Shown: piece after piece, positions 50,221 through 62,008 of the stretch
Numbering within the stretch: the first letter of the stretch is position 1
How the letters are laid out: each line of letters starts with the position of its first letter
Origin: Centroscyllium fabricii
Lineage: Eukaryota
Assembly: GCA_051313645.2 (NCBI GenBank)
Contig: JBNRSN020000005.1
Location: forward strand, 248,248,001-248,312,000
DNA length: 64,000 nucleotides
Direction of reading: 5' to 3'
Notes under the pieces: model-generated
The model's input: only the letters and a program-made list of their open reading frames with translations
What the model was told of the DNA's origin: nothing
Databases searched by the model: none
Position numbers and translations under genes: made by a program

Positions 50221-50610
50221 ATAGAAACATAGAAGATAGGAGCAGGAGTAGGCCATTCGGCCCTTCGAGCCTGCTCCGCCATTCAACGAGATCATGGCTG
50301 ATTATCCAAACCCAGTACCTTGTCCCTGCCTTGTTCCCATAACCGTCGATCCCTATCGAACCTGCACCGACACATATCCCACCCTATCTCCGTAACCCCA
50401 CATATTCAATCCCCCTAACACTAAGGGTCAATTTATCATGGCCAATCAACCTAACCCGCACATCTTTGGACTGTGGGAGGAAACCGGAGCACCCGGAGGA
50501 AACCCACGCAGACACGGGGAGAATGTGCAAACTCCACACAGATAGTACCCGAGGCTCAATTCGAACCCGGGTCTCTAGTGCTGTAAGGCAACAGCGCTAA
50601 CCACTATGCA
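50221..50610 (-). mobile_element. HE1-like SINE (long CR1 tail)
   Basis: Homologous to 17648-18056. Confidence 0.9.
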
Positions 50611-50628
50611 TTGCAGCACTAAGACATT

Positions 50629-51400
50629 GGGCCAGAAATTCGGGTGCCTCGCACCAGTTGCACCCGCACGGAGGGGGGCCAATTTCCCCGTGCGATCGAT
50701 CGCATGCGCATGGATCGGAGCTTTCCGATGCTGAGGGAGAAGGGCCCTCAGCATCGCACACAGGAATCAATTACACCCAAAAATCCCGATTGAAAAGGGT
50801 GAAAATTAGTGCGTGGATCTGTGGGCAAGTGGCCTTTGAGCTGCACGGGAAAAAAGGAGTCGTAACCTGTGCGTTGGTGAGAGCAGTGCGTTCTTAAACA
50901 AGGTAATTGACTTTTTTACCTTTAATTTTAAGTTTTATCTTTTTTACAGTAATGTGGCCAGATCGCTATCATTTAATTTGACTATTAAATTTTTTTTTTT
51001 AATTTTCAAAATCCGAATTTCAATTGATATACACACTGCTTTCTATTCCAAATCGCTTATTTTTAAATTTTAAGTTCTGAAATTTTTAACTATTTTCTTA
51101 ATTTAAAAAACTAAGAGAAGAAATCGCTGAGACTTACCTCCATTGAAAGTCTGCCCAGGCCGCCGTTGCTCACTGCCGAGTCTGTGGGTGCAGCAGTGGG
51201 CGTGGTCCTAATCGAGGCCTCACGTCCCTGCTTCCTACGAAGTCCGGCTGTGAAGCAGGGGGCGTTTTTTATGTAAATTAGGGATCTGTGGGCGGGGCAT
51301 CACTCCAACGCACGACGGCAGCGCATATACAGCGCTCCTAGTATGGCTGGACTGCCACGCAGCCCAGGAACGGGGCGGAGCCAACAGGAAGTTTTGGCCG
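50629..51400. mobile_element. PIF/Harbinger-type MITE (third family)
   Basis: GGGCCAGAAATT / AAGTTTTGGCC ends, AT-rich centre. Related to 63471-64000, in opposite orientation. Confidence 0.72.
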
Positions 51401-51404
51401 TAAA

Positions 51405-52968
51405 AAATGTGCGATTATGGTGCAGTGCTATAGGTGTCCGCATGGTCCTTGCACCCGCACCAACCGGCAGACTGGAATTTCTGGCCCATTGTGTCACTTC
51501 TGCCTGTGCTGCAATGGAAGCTGCCAGATCGCCCATCACACATGGCATGGGTCGCCACGGTCTCTCTGGAAGTCGACCATCCTTTGCAGACTGGAAATGA
51601 TGGGCTCCATGGTGTGCGCATAGCAATTTGCAATGTTGGAGGCAGACAGGTCCATGCTCCTTACCATTGCAGAGAGGCTCTCAGACACCCTTGCCATTGC
51701 ACCTATCATCTCCTTGTACCTTCCCATCACCTTTCTTTTAAAGGCTTCCCCATCGAGGTCTTAATCTGAGTCCTGTGCAGCAGAACTTGCCCTCCAGGGA
51801 ACTGGCCCCTTAGCTACCCTATCCCTCTGGACTGCTGCAGCCCACTCATCCCCGGTACCTCACCTTGTGCAGATCCCACTACTATACCAGCCTCTAATAA
51901 ACGGGTAGTGCCAGTATCTGAGCTGGTGTCTGCAGATGAGAGATGCAGTGACGTAGTGTATTCTTCATCCTCCTCTTCTCCTGCCTCGCTCTCTACTGTG
52001 CCCTCAGGGACAGGCTGCGCAGGTGCTTGCTCATTACCTGAAAGCATAAAGGCACAAGAGTTGGGTTAAGGTGAGGGGAGGGGGGCAGGAAGGGAGAAAT
52101 GCATGCATACAACTTCATTAGCTGGAAAGTGCGAAACACTCGTTGGGTGAGGGGGAAGTGGGATGTAATAATAATAATTCAACTTTATTGTCATTATACA
52201 ATGTACAACGAAATGTGATCTTGCAAGCTCCCAAGAGTCCAGCAAAGCCGCTGCATCTGTGCGCGCCGCCATTCCATCTTTCCATCATTCTGACAATCTC
52301 CTTGTCCTGTGAGAAGAAGGAGTAGGGTTGAACATACCGTTGTTGTTCCCAAGGGGGTTAATGTTGCCAGTGGTCACAGCGCCCACCACCTGGTGCCCAA
52401 TGATTTGCAGCACTCTTTCCTCCAGCTCAGACAGGGGTTGAGTATCAGCTTGTCCCCTGCCTGTGTGCTGCTGTTCCCTCCTGTTGTGAGGCACCTTGGC
52501 CGGCAAGAGAAAGGAAAGTGTCTGAGTGAGTGTGGAGCAATGTGTTTGGGTAATGTGCCTGCCATAGTTGAATAGCTGTCATTGTGTGCAAGGTGTGAGA
52601 TGTGGGTGAGTGTTGGTAGGTAGAGATTGTTGGTGGGTGAGTGCTGGGGATGTGGTGCTTTGGGCAGTGTGTGAAGATTGTGGCTCAGAGGATGGTATGT
52701 AGCATTTGTTGAAGCATTCACTCACCCTGACCACCCGAGTGAGGTCATTAAATGTCTTCCTGGACTGTGTGTGGGTTCTGAGGTCCACAGTGCTGCCTGA
52801 GACATGCTGGGCAACCATCCTCCACATGGCACGGAATAGTTGTGGCGAGGGCCTCCTGCTACTTGCCGGGTAGAGCACCGCCCTCCGTCTCTCCACAGCG
52901 AAAACCAATGCCTCCAGTGTTTCATCGCAGAATTTGTGGGCTCTCACCCTGGGGCAGGGACCTGCCAT
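51405..52968 (-). pseudogene. Harbinger Myb/SANT-like DNA-binding gene (exons 52968-52726, 52500-52338, 52037 onward)
   Basis: RAHKFCDETLEALV...W..VAQHVS...RTHTQSRKTFNDL. GTGAGT and GTATGT donors. The exon-2 acceptor reads CG instead of AG, and exon 3 has stops. Confidence 0.8.
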
Positions 52969-53734
52969 GAGCACACCTGGTTCAATCCTCCAGCTCCTTC
53001 TCCTTGTCCTGCTTCTGCTTGCTGAAGCAGCTGCACAGCCAACAATGCTGAGAATGAGGTTCAGCAGCATCAATGAACCTTTAAGTTGTGAAAAAAGCCT
53101 GTGGCAGTGACGAGTTGTGATTAGACTGCACTTGATATTGGTGCACCCTTTATGTGTAATGACAATGAGCTTGGGTTTAAGACTTGATTTTGGACTCCAA
53201 TCATTTTATTCAGCAGTGAGCATGGCTGTTTTGTACAGTCTAAAGCATCTGCACCTGGCGCTAATCCTCCAACTTTTCGACTGACGCCGCCCATTCCTTG
53301 GCTAGAATGAATTTCTAACCCTAAGGCCGCGATTTTGCCAGCACTCTGGACGCGTTTGGAGGTGGGTCAGGTGGTAAAATTGCAAAAAATGACGTCAGGT
53401 TCCAATCCCGCTGTCAACTCGCCTCCATGCAACTTTGCCAAAGGCGGGCTCCCAGACTCCCATTCAGTCCCACCACCAAGCGACAGGATAGGCACTTAAG
53501 GCAGTTAACTGTTTGTTAACTGCCTGGATAATGGCATTTTGACAGCCATTTTACCACTTTTTCAACGGGTTGCTCGCCGTTCCCAAACCACGCCAGCTGA
53601 TTGTGTTGGGTTCACAAGTGGCTGCCTTCTTGACAGCTGCAGCCCCAGCATAAAAACGGAGTCTCAACCAGGATCAGTTGCAGGGGGCAGAACTTTGCTT
53701 TTTCAGGTCTTGGAAAACTTTTTGCAGGTCTACT

Positions 53735-54876
53735 GATCATGGAAGTGGTGAAGCTGAGATCCTCTCCACTGCGTCCTCCTGGGAAAACCCTCTCCCCACA
53801 TTGACTGAGCGATTCCTCAACGGAGATATCTACCAGCGGAATGGGAACCATTTATTTCCTCTCATCCTGGTCCTCAGGTTTGGAGGAAGAGCAGCAGCAG
53901 AACCAGGAACAGCAGCACCAACAGCAGGAGCGCCAACCTCCTGCTCACCCACCTGATGCTGCACAGGGGAGAAAGCGTCTGCACAGGGATGCACGTCGCC
54001 GCAGATGATACCCCCAACACCGGGTTTACAGGCCGAGGATGACCTTCCTCTACATGAGTGAGCAGCAGTGCCAAAGGAGGCCGAGACTTTCACGAGAGGT
54101 AGTCGCTGACATCTGCGCAATGCTGCACCAACATCTGGAGCCCAGAGGAGTGGGTGGACGCCCCTTACCAGTGGCTGTCAAAGTCATCACCATACTCAAC
54201 TTTTTTGCTTCAGGGTCCTTCCACGGATCATCAGCAGACATCAACGGCATCTCCCAGTCGGCCGCACACACTTGCATCACACAGGCAACTGATGCCCTCT
54301 TTGCCAAGGCACATAATTACATCCACTTCTCGACGGATCAAGCATGCGGTTGGCTTTGCAAATATGGCAGGCTTGACAAAGGTGCAGGATGTCATAGACT
54401 GCACTCATGTGGCCCTTAGGGCAGCCCATCACAACCCAGCTGTTTTTGTCAACCGCAATGGCTTCCACTCCTTCAACATGCAGCTGGTGTATAACCACAG
54501 GAAGGACATTTTGCATGAGTGTACGAAGTACCCTGGAAGTTGCCATGACTCATTCATCCTGCGGCAGTCTAGTGTGCCTCTGCTCTTCAATCTGCAAAAC
54601 CAACTTTGCAGATGGCTACTTGGAGACAAGGGCTATCCCCTGAAGACGTGGCTGATGATGCCATTGAGGAGGCCATCGAACAAAGCTGAGGAGCGCTGCA
54701 ATGCCAGCCACATTTCCACCAGATCCATCATCGAGCAAACCATCGGCTTGCTGAAGATGCGATCCAGATGGGATGACAGATCAGGTGGAGCCCTGCAGTA
54801 TTCAGCAGCCAGGGTCTCCAGAATCATCGTGGTCTGCTGTGCACTGCACAACATGGCACAGCATCATGGCTTGTAG
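53735..54876 (+). pseudogene. Harbinger (HARBI1-like) DDE transposase, frameshifted
   Basis: [51 protein letters not shown]. Start is approximate. Confidence 0.9.
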
Positions 54877-55349
54877 CTGCCTGAGGAACAAGTGGCTCTG
54901 CACAAAGCCTCCTCAGATGAGGAGGGGGAGAAAGAAGACCTTGCGGAGGTGGATGAGCCAGCTGCAGCAGCAGGCGAATACATTTTTGCCCGGGATGCAA
55001 GGGATGCACTAATCTTTGCCAGATTCGCTTAGGTAGATGAATCAGACACATGGGGCTGGCACCTTCTTATCACACCATAGACAATGGACAAGCACCTGTG
55101 GGTTCCTATCACTCTGACCACCATCATTACAAATGCAAGTCACCCTGAGCCCTCAATATGCAACTTTCATTTCTGAGATCACATAGGCCAGAACTTCAAC
55201 TGTTTGCCATCACTTCAGTTGAATCCATTCACAAAAGGATGACAATGTCAAACATTATACAGAACAGAACAACCAAGTGACTACCCTTGTGAATAATTGC
55301 CCTTTATCTTATCTTACATGTGCTTCTATGTGGTGCTTCCCCTGTGTTT

Positions 55350-55685
55350 TCAGCACTCGCAATAAGGAGCTCCTGGGTTCGAATCCTGCTTGGCCCAGGA
55401 CCTCTCTGCGTGGAGTTTGCATGTTCTCCCCGTGTTCGTGTGGGTTTCCTCCGGGTACTCCGGTTTCCTCCCACCACCCACAGACATGCAGGTTAGGTGA
55501 ATTGGAGATACTGAAAATTGCCCATGAGTATGTGTGTGAGATATAGTTCTTAGAGTTGGGGGTGTCAGGGGATATGGGGAGAGGGTAGGAGGGGGGTGCT
55601 GGGTTTGGGTGATCAGCCATGATCTCATCAAAATGGCGGAGCAGGCTCGAAGGGCCGAATGGCCTACTCCTGCTCCTATCTTTTG
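55350..55685 (+). mobile_element. HE1-like SINE variant inserted in Harbinger
   Basis: B box GGTTCGAATCC, V core, CR1 tail. Confidence 0.85.
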
Positions 55686-55689
55686 TGTG

Positions 55690-57510
55690 TTGCTCACTTT
55701 CATGCTGCTCCTGCTTTGACACCTTTGGCGGGCATCCTCTGGGTTTGCGAGCCTGTGATGGGTCGGCAATAGTTTGCTCCTCCTGCGTATGTGCAGGGGC
55801 TAAGATGCCCATCTCAGTTGAGTGAGGACTCTGGTGGGGTTCTGACTGAGGGCTACTCAGTGGCATAGGAGTGTCAGTGCTTGGAGAGGAGCCCCCACCT
55901 CCTTGTTGCCTGCCACCAACATCCCTCTCATGGGTCAGCCCCACTTCAGTGCTAGCAAGTGGCTTGACAGCACCTTGCTGCACATCAGGGGGGCCATGAG
56001 TACCCTTATCTGCATTGGCAATCCTACTGAAAAGGACTTCCATGGAGGTCTGGTTTCTCTGCTCAATAGCTGCCCATTGCTCCTCCAGAAATGTCAGTCT
56101 ATTCTAAACATTCACCATGTTTTCAAGACTCTGGTGATTTAGGTCCTCCATGGCCGTAGCCATTCTCTCCTCTACCATAGCCATCCTTACCATGGAGGTA
56201 GCCATCATTTCTACGGAGGTTGCCATCCTTTCCATGGTGATGCATTCATGCACCAATGTCTCCACAAAGGCACTGCTCATGTTAAAGTTGGACTCCTCCA
56301 TCTTCTCTACACTCGCAGTAACCCTGGAGACAAAACCTGCCAGAGACTCCTGCACCTGTTCCTGGAGTTCCAGCACCGCTCTCTTTCTGGATGGACCCGG
56401 AGGCAGAGGGTCGACATGCAGCTGAGCTGATCTGGGAGCGCCCTGCAGCCTCCGACTAGGACTCTCCACTGCTGTCCCTGTCTCCACCATCTGCTGATGC
56501 TCACTTGTGAGGTGTGATAAACCAGGTGATAAAACTATTCTGTCGTGAAGGTCCCACCAAGGTGTGCGTATCTGCTCTGGTGCTGGGTGCACTGAATTCT
56601 GCTGACGCTGCACCCTCAGAGGTTGCAGATTCCTCTGAGGAGTCTTCTGGCCTGGCTCTTCCTCCTGGACTGTGGAGAGAGGGGGCTGTCAATGGTCCTG
56701 CGGCAGAGTAAAGGCATGAGTTACACATATGATATTAACGTAGCATACACATGGAATTGTGCAGATCATCTTAAGACAATTTGTATGAGCATCAGTCACT
56801 CATGCAATGTAAATGAGAGAGATGCACATCTATTCCGTCAACAGCTTGCTCTGATGCGCCCGTCTGTCCATCACCCACTTCCAGATCCTCATTGGCTCCA
56901 CTGATCTCTGTGGCTACCTCCTCATCGCTGGTGAGCTGGGCTGTTGAGGGTGACCTTCCTCCTGTCATAGCCCTCTCCTCCTTATTGTGGGCTCTCTTTT
57001 CCTGCAATGAGGGACACAAGTGGAGTTTGAGTGAGAATGATGGAGTGAGTGTAGTTAATCCATAGCATAGATGCTTAGAAGTAGACAAAGATGGAATGAG
57101 ATGCCAATATCAAGGGCCCTCCCTGTGCATTGTTAGTTGTTGGCATTGCATAACAGTGACAGTGAGTGTGAGGGCAGCATAGTTGAATAGTGAAGTGATT
57201 GTGTACATAGAGAGAGAGGGATGGTGTAGGTTGCAAGGGATGTAAGGGTAAAGTGGGATGTGGAGGAGTAGGTTGACAATGCAGAGTGCTGGTGATGAGA
57301 GGAGATGGGGAGCAGATTGAGGGTAATGGTGGTGTTATACTCACTTTTACTGAGCGGACCAAGTCATTGAGCCTTTTTTGGCACTGCACACAGGTTCGAG
57401 TGCACATGGATCTGGAGCTGACCTCCTGTGAAATTTGCGCAGCTTTGGTGCTCTTGAGGTTGCCATGTCCGCAGTAGTCAGCAGAGTAGACAATCCAGAA
57501 GCAAAACATG
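55690..57510 (-). pseudogene. Harbinger Myb/SANT-like gene (3 exons, decayed)
   Basis: QISQEVSSRS...RTCVQCQKRLNDL followed by |GTGAGT at 57345. Exon 2 EKRAHNKEERAMTGG from 57001; exon 3 from 56697. Confidence 0.78.
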
Positions 57511-57843
57511 AGAATGAACCAAGGCTGCATGGGCCCCTTAATAGCAGCTGGCTCACAGATATCAGCAGAGGCGAGTTCCAGACCCAAACCACTAATTGGC
57601 CAGGGTAACGCACACACAGGGACTCAATTGCCCATTTAGGGCAAAATCGCAAATTTTTACCAGCTGAAAATGGAGGCGGGACCAGGACCCGCCGCCCACC
57701 TGACCTGTGCCCAACCTGCCACCAATGATAAAATCGCGGCCTAAGTCTTTTGTTCGCTGTACAATGACAAATAAAATTGAACTTGAACTTGAACTTGAAT
57801 GAAGGCTACATGGGTAAGGGCTCCATAGAGCCCCTTCTGACCA

Positions 57844-60020
57844 AATTCAAATTCAAATTCAAATTCAAAATTCAAATTGCTTTATTGGCATGAATGGTAT
57901 CAACCTTTGTTGCCAAAGCATTGTGGCATACATATAATACATTAGTTCGAAACATTGTAACATACATATACATAATACATTTTTTTTTTTTTTTTTTTTT
58001 AAGATTTAATAACAACAGTACTAACAGAGTATATATAACCGCATCCGTAGTGATATCAGTGGATATATAGCTTAAATGCAGTTTCAAACAATCACAGTCA
58101 ATGTTGGTCATTTTCTGCCTGTGTGTGCGTGCATGTGGGTCAGTCATTGTCCCTCAGGTTGTGGCATGCTGTTACGTATTGTGCACCAAGCTGTGCCCTG
58201 TCTCCTTCGCCAAGGATTATTTTTAGTTTGAAGGTATCATCTAATTTTTTGAAATCTGGGATTTCTAGGCCCAGTTTGTCAAAGTATGATTTCCTTGTTT
58301 TTTCGAATTTTTTGCAATTTAGGAGGAAGTGCATCTCTGTTTCAACCTCATCTGTCAAGCAGTGACCGCATATTCTATCTTCTCTTGGCTGCCAGGATTT
58401 CTTCTGTCTTCCTTTTTCGACTGCCAACTGGTGGCCACTTAATCTGTACCTGGTGAGGGTCTGTCTCTGCTTTATATTTCTGACAGTTGAAAGATAGTCT
58501 GCCAATTTATATTCTCTTTCTAGGGAGCGGTAGCATTCTAGTCTGCTTTGGTTTTTTGTTGATTTTTCCCAATGTTCCAAATATTTTTCTTTGCATTTTT
58601 TGATAATTTGGTTCACTCTAATTGGTGTTTGGAAAACAGTGTTGTTCTGAGACTGGTCAAGGTTTGACTGGGTAGGGGTAGTTAATCTCAGTACCACCTG
58701 GCACAGGGGACTCTTTTCTGGGTTCCGCTCTTGGGTTTTGAGTGCTTTAAACTGGAGGGAGTCTGGGTGGCTAGAATTAAGGTGATTCCAAAAGTTTAAT
58801 ATTCTTTTTTGGATATTTATGATCAGTGGGTATCTGCCTAGTTCCGCTCTACATGCGTTTGTTGGTGTTTTCCTTTGGGTGCGGAGAATGCTCCGGCAGA
58901 ATTCCGCATGTAGGGTCTCCATTGTGTGCTTTTCCCATTTGTCATAGCTATGATGGCTGAGCGAACCCCACACTTCACTGCCATAAAGCGCAATGGGTTG
59001 GATTACGCTATCAAATATTTTAAGCCAGATTTTAATTGGGATTTGGATGTTGTAGAATTTTCTTTTGATTGCGTACATAGCCCTTCGAGCTTTCTCTTTT
59101 AGTGCATTCACTGCCATGCTGAAGCTCCCTGATGCAGTAATGGTTAGACCAAGGTAAGTGTAGCTCATGGTGTGTTCGATAGTGGTATCCTTAAGGGTGA
59201 ATTTGTATTTGTCTTCCTGACATCTGGGTTTTTTTTGGAAAATCATGATGTTTGTTTTCTTTAGATTTACTGTCAAGGCCCAGTTTTGGCAGTACTCATC
59301 GAGTAGATCTAACTGTTGCTGCAGTCCCTGTTCTGTGGGAGACAGCAAAACCAGGTCATCCGCATAGAACAGCGATTTAACCTCTCCGTCTAGAAGACGG
59401 AGGCCCGGCGCCGTGCTCTGTTCTAGTTTTGCTGACAAGTCATTTATATATATATTAAACAGTGTCGGGCTCAGATTGCAGCCTTGTCGGACGCCTCTCC
59501 CCTGGGTGAAGGGACCAGTACATTTGTCCCCAATTTTAACCCTACATTTATTGTTCAGATACATTGATTTGATGAGGTCGTATGCCTTTCCTCCTATACC
59601 GCAATGGAGAAGTTTGTAGTAGAGCCCTTCATGCCAGATAGAGTCAAATGCTTTCTTAAAGTCAATGAAGCAGGCGAATATTTTACCATTTTTTACTTGG
59701 TGTATATGTTTTCCTATGAGAGTGTGAAGGGTATGGATATGGTCAGTGGTGCGGTGTTTCGGGAGGAAGCCAATTTGGTTTTTACTGAGGATATTATGTT
59801 CGCTGAGGAAATCCTGCATTCTACTATTTATAATACTGCAGAATAGCTTTCCTAGGCAACTACTGACACATATGCCGCGGTAATTGTTTGGTTCTGATTT
59901 GTTTCCGCTTTTATAGATGGGCGAGATAAGCCCTTGGCACCAGATATCTGGAAAATCGCCTGTACGTAAAATGAGGTTGAATATCCTGAGCACTGCATCC
60001 TGCATCTCTGGCGTGCTGGC
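57844..60020 (-). mobile_element. 5'-truncated RTE-X-like LINE
   Basis: AATAAA and (TTTGAA)n tail, GACCA TSD (57839-43, 60021-25). Confidence 0.88.
58140..60020 (-). CDS. Uninterrupted non-LTR reverse transcriptase ORF with C-terminal zinc knuckle (N-terminally truncated)
   Basis: NYRGI, FIDFKKAFDS, GVRQGCNLSPTLF, FYADD, CGHC...ETEMHFLLNC. No stops in ~626 codons. Confidence 0.9.
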   Translation of the reverse strand, partial: ASTPEMQDAVLRIFNLILRTGDFPDIWCQGLISPIYKSGNKSEPNNYRGICVSSCLGKLFCSIINSRMQDFLSEHNILSKNQIGFLPKHRTTDHIHTLHTLIGKHIHQVKNGKIFACFIDFKKAFDSIWHEGLYYKLLHCGIGGKAYDLIKSMYLNNKCRVKIGDKCTGPFTQGRGVRQGCNLSPTLFNIYINDLSAKLEQSTAPGLRLLDGEVKSLFYADDLVLLSPTEQGLQQQLDLLDEYCQNWALTVNLKKTNIMIFQKKPRCQEDKYKFTLKDTTIEHTMSYTYLGLTITASGSFSMAVNALKEKARRAMYAIKRKFYNIQIPIKIWLKIFDSVIQPIALYGSEVWGSLSHHSYDKWEKHTMETLHAEFCRSILRTQRKTPTNACRAELGRYPLIINIQKRILNFWNHLNSSHPDSLQFKALKTQERNPEKSPLCQVVLRLTTPTQSNLDQSQNNTVFQTPIRVNQIIKKCKEKYLEHWEKSTKNQSRLECYRSLEREYKLADYLSTVRNIKQRQTLTRYRLSGHQLAVEKGRQKKSWQPREDRICGHCLTDEVETEMHFLLNCKKFEKTRKSYFDKLGLEIPDFKKLDDTFKLKIILGEGDRAQLGAQYVTACHNLRDND

Positions 60021-60614
60021 GACCATATCATGTCGAATATGCAGTGAGAGGCAGACGACTGATCACCTCAGGGCCATTGCTTCACTTTATGTTGTTTTTC
60101 CTTTGAAGAAAGTTAATTTGAAAATCAGATGGATTCTCCTCAATGGTCAGGCAATTAAGCTGTTAACTATTTCTAACACCAAGTACCGAAGGTGTGAGCA
60201 GCATTCCTTAGCCATCTGTGCTTAGTTTGATTTTGCCAGCTGACCACAAATAAACCATTCTTGATATCTAATTAGAGTCTACAACGAAAATACCCATTGT
60301 TCTTCCAGGGACTACTAATTCAATTACGCCCTTAGAGGCAAGCCCAGAGAGAGACTATCTAGGTTAATTTGTATTGCAATAAGCCTGCCACGTCCTCGTA
60401 GACAGCTGGTCTGTCATAGAAACTGTTGACATACTCATGTATTGGCTGCCCTGGGCACAACATCCAAAGAACTCTATTAAAGATATTAAAGGATATGCTG
60501 ATAGTGTGAGAGATGTGCTGATCGGGTTCGATGAAGCAAAGTTGGAGTGTGACGCATAAGCACTGGCATAGACCAGTTGGGCCGAATGGCCTGTTTCTAT
60601 GCTGTAAACTCTAT

Positions 60615-61329
60615 GGGGGAAAAATTCAGTATCGACCATTTTGGGTCGCTAAAGTTAGCGCCTGCCGCTAAAGTTAGCGCCCGCCGCTAATTAGTGCCGG
60701 CGACCGCAAAATTCAGTTTTAGCGCCCCAAGAGGAGGGTGCAGTGCTAATTCAAGTGCTCCACTCCCTTCTTACTGCACTAACCCTGAATATCGGGGCAG
60801 TGCGTTTTGCAGGGCTACGCACTGGGCCACGTAGCGCTGCCGCAAGGAAGGGCTCTTCCCCTCATTAAAGGGGAGGGCCCAAGCCCACCACTCCGCGGGG
60901 CCCTACCTGAACCACCCGGGAGCGGGGTGCGAAGAGGAGCGCTAGACTGCCAGGTCGCGGCACAGACGCCGCATTCGAAGACACAATGAGCCGCAACAAG
61001 TAAGTCGGACGATTTATTTTTTTCCCTGCCCGCCACCTTCCCTTTAATTACCGCCTGCGAGCCTGCTGCTGCTCCATTTACGTCCCCTGAATCTGTCGCT
61101 GTCATCGACCGGCGCAGATTCAGGGGGCACCAATTTTGCAGGCAGGGTGAAAACGGAGCACTGCGCACGGTGATGTTGTCTTCATGGCCTGTGGAGTGGG
61201 CGCTACTGGTTACTACCGCCGCTAAACTCCTGCTTAATTTAGCGGGAGCAGTTTGCCGTGCCCAGTCAAAGTTATTTGCGTCACCCAGAGGCGCTAACGG
61301 GAGGCGCCGAGGTACCCAATTTCTAGCCC
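60615..61329. mobile_element. PIF/Harbinger-type MITE
   Basis: GGGGGAAAAATT / AATTTCTAGCCC ends. Confidence 0.8.
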
Positions 61330-61332
61330 ATG

Positions 61333-62008
61333 GGGGGAAAAATTCAATATTGCCCCGTTTGGGGCGCCATTATCGACCAAGCGCAAAGTTTAGCGCCTGG
61401 CACTAATTATCGCCTCCGACGGCAAACTTGGCTTTTACCACCCCAGAGGTGATTGGAGCGCTAAATCAGGCACTTCACACCTGTTTTAAGGCGCAAAGGC
61501 CGAGGAGTGAGGCGCTACCTCACAGCGCTGGCGAAGCAAGGAAGGGCAAATCAAAATGAACCTGCAAAGTGCTGCTCAGCACCCAAAACTCCTTCACACA
61601 GCGTTGAATCTCTCCAGAAGTCTCTCTCTCTCACTCTCACTCTCAGAATGCGTGGTACAAAAATGGCACCAACAAAAAAAGGCAGGAAGCGGTCACCTTT
61701 AAATAGCGCTCCCCCAGTCCCTTTCTGACTGCAGAACGCTCCCCTCAATGCATCGTTGTTAGCGGCAGGCGGTAGGGCAGGGGGCGCCACTCGATATCCG
61801 GTCTGGGGCGCTTTCGGGATGTTGCGCACACGAATGACGTCACGATCTGTCGGCACAGGAGATCGTGGTGGTAGTGTTTAGCGCCGCCGCCAAATGTCTA
61901 GTTAATTTCGCGAGCGGTGCAAACATCACCACGCCCGGGCGCTAGTTGCTTTGCGCCCCATTAGCGCTCTCTTCTAACAGGAGGCGCAAACAACTGAATT
62001 TTTCCCCC
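61333..62008. mobile_element. PIF/Harbinger-type MITE abutting the previous one
   Basis: Perfect TIR GGGGGAAAAATTCA, ATG TSD. Confidence 0.85.

Larger units (their letters stand above)
49767..53321. mobile_element. PIF/Harbinger derivative carrying only the Myb/SANT-like gene
   Basis: Ends GGGGGTGAAATTC / GAATTTCTAACCC. Spliced Myb-like gene on the minus strand. No transposase recognisable. Confidence 0.75.
53325..57741. mobile_element. Full-length (decayed) autonomous-type PIF/Harbinger transposon
   Basis: Perfect TIR GGCCGCGATTTT, TAA TSD (53322-24, 57742-44), convergent transposase and Myb genes. Confidence 0.95.

Noticed and set aside
53735-54876. Domesticated HARBI1 or NAIF1 host genes
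   Set aside because: Frameshifted, and enclosed by TIRs and a TSD, so it is a transposon copy.
60021-60026. ATG start for the RTE-X ORF
   Set aside because: It lies in the TSD/flank, and the element is 5'-truncated with no endonuclease.
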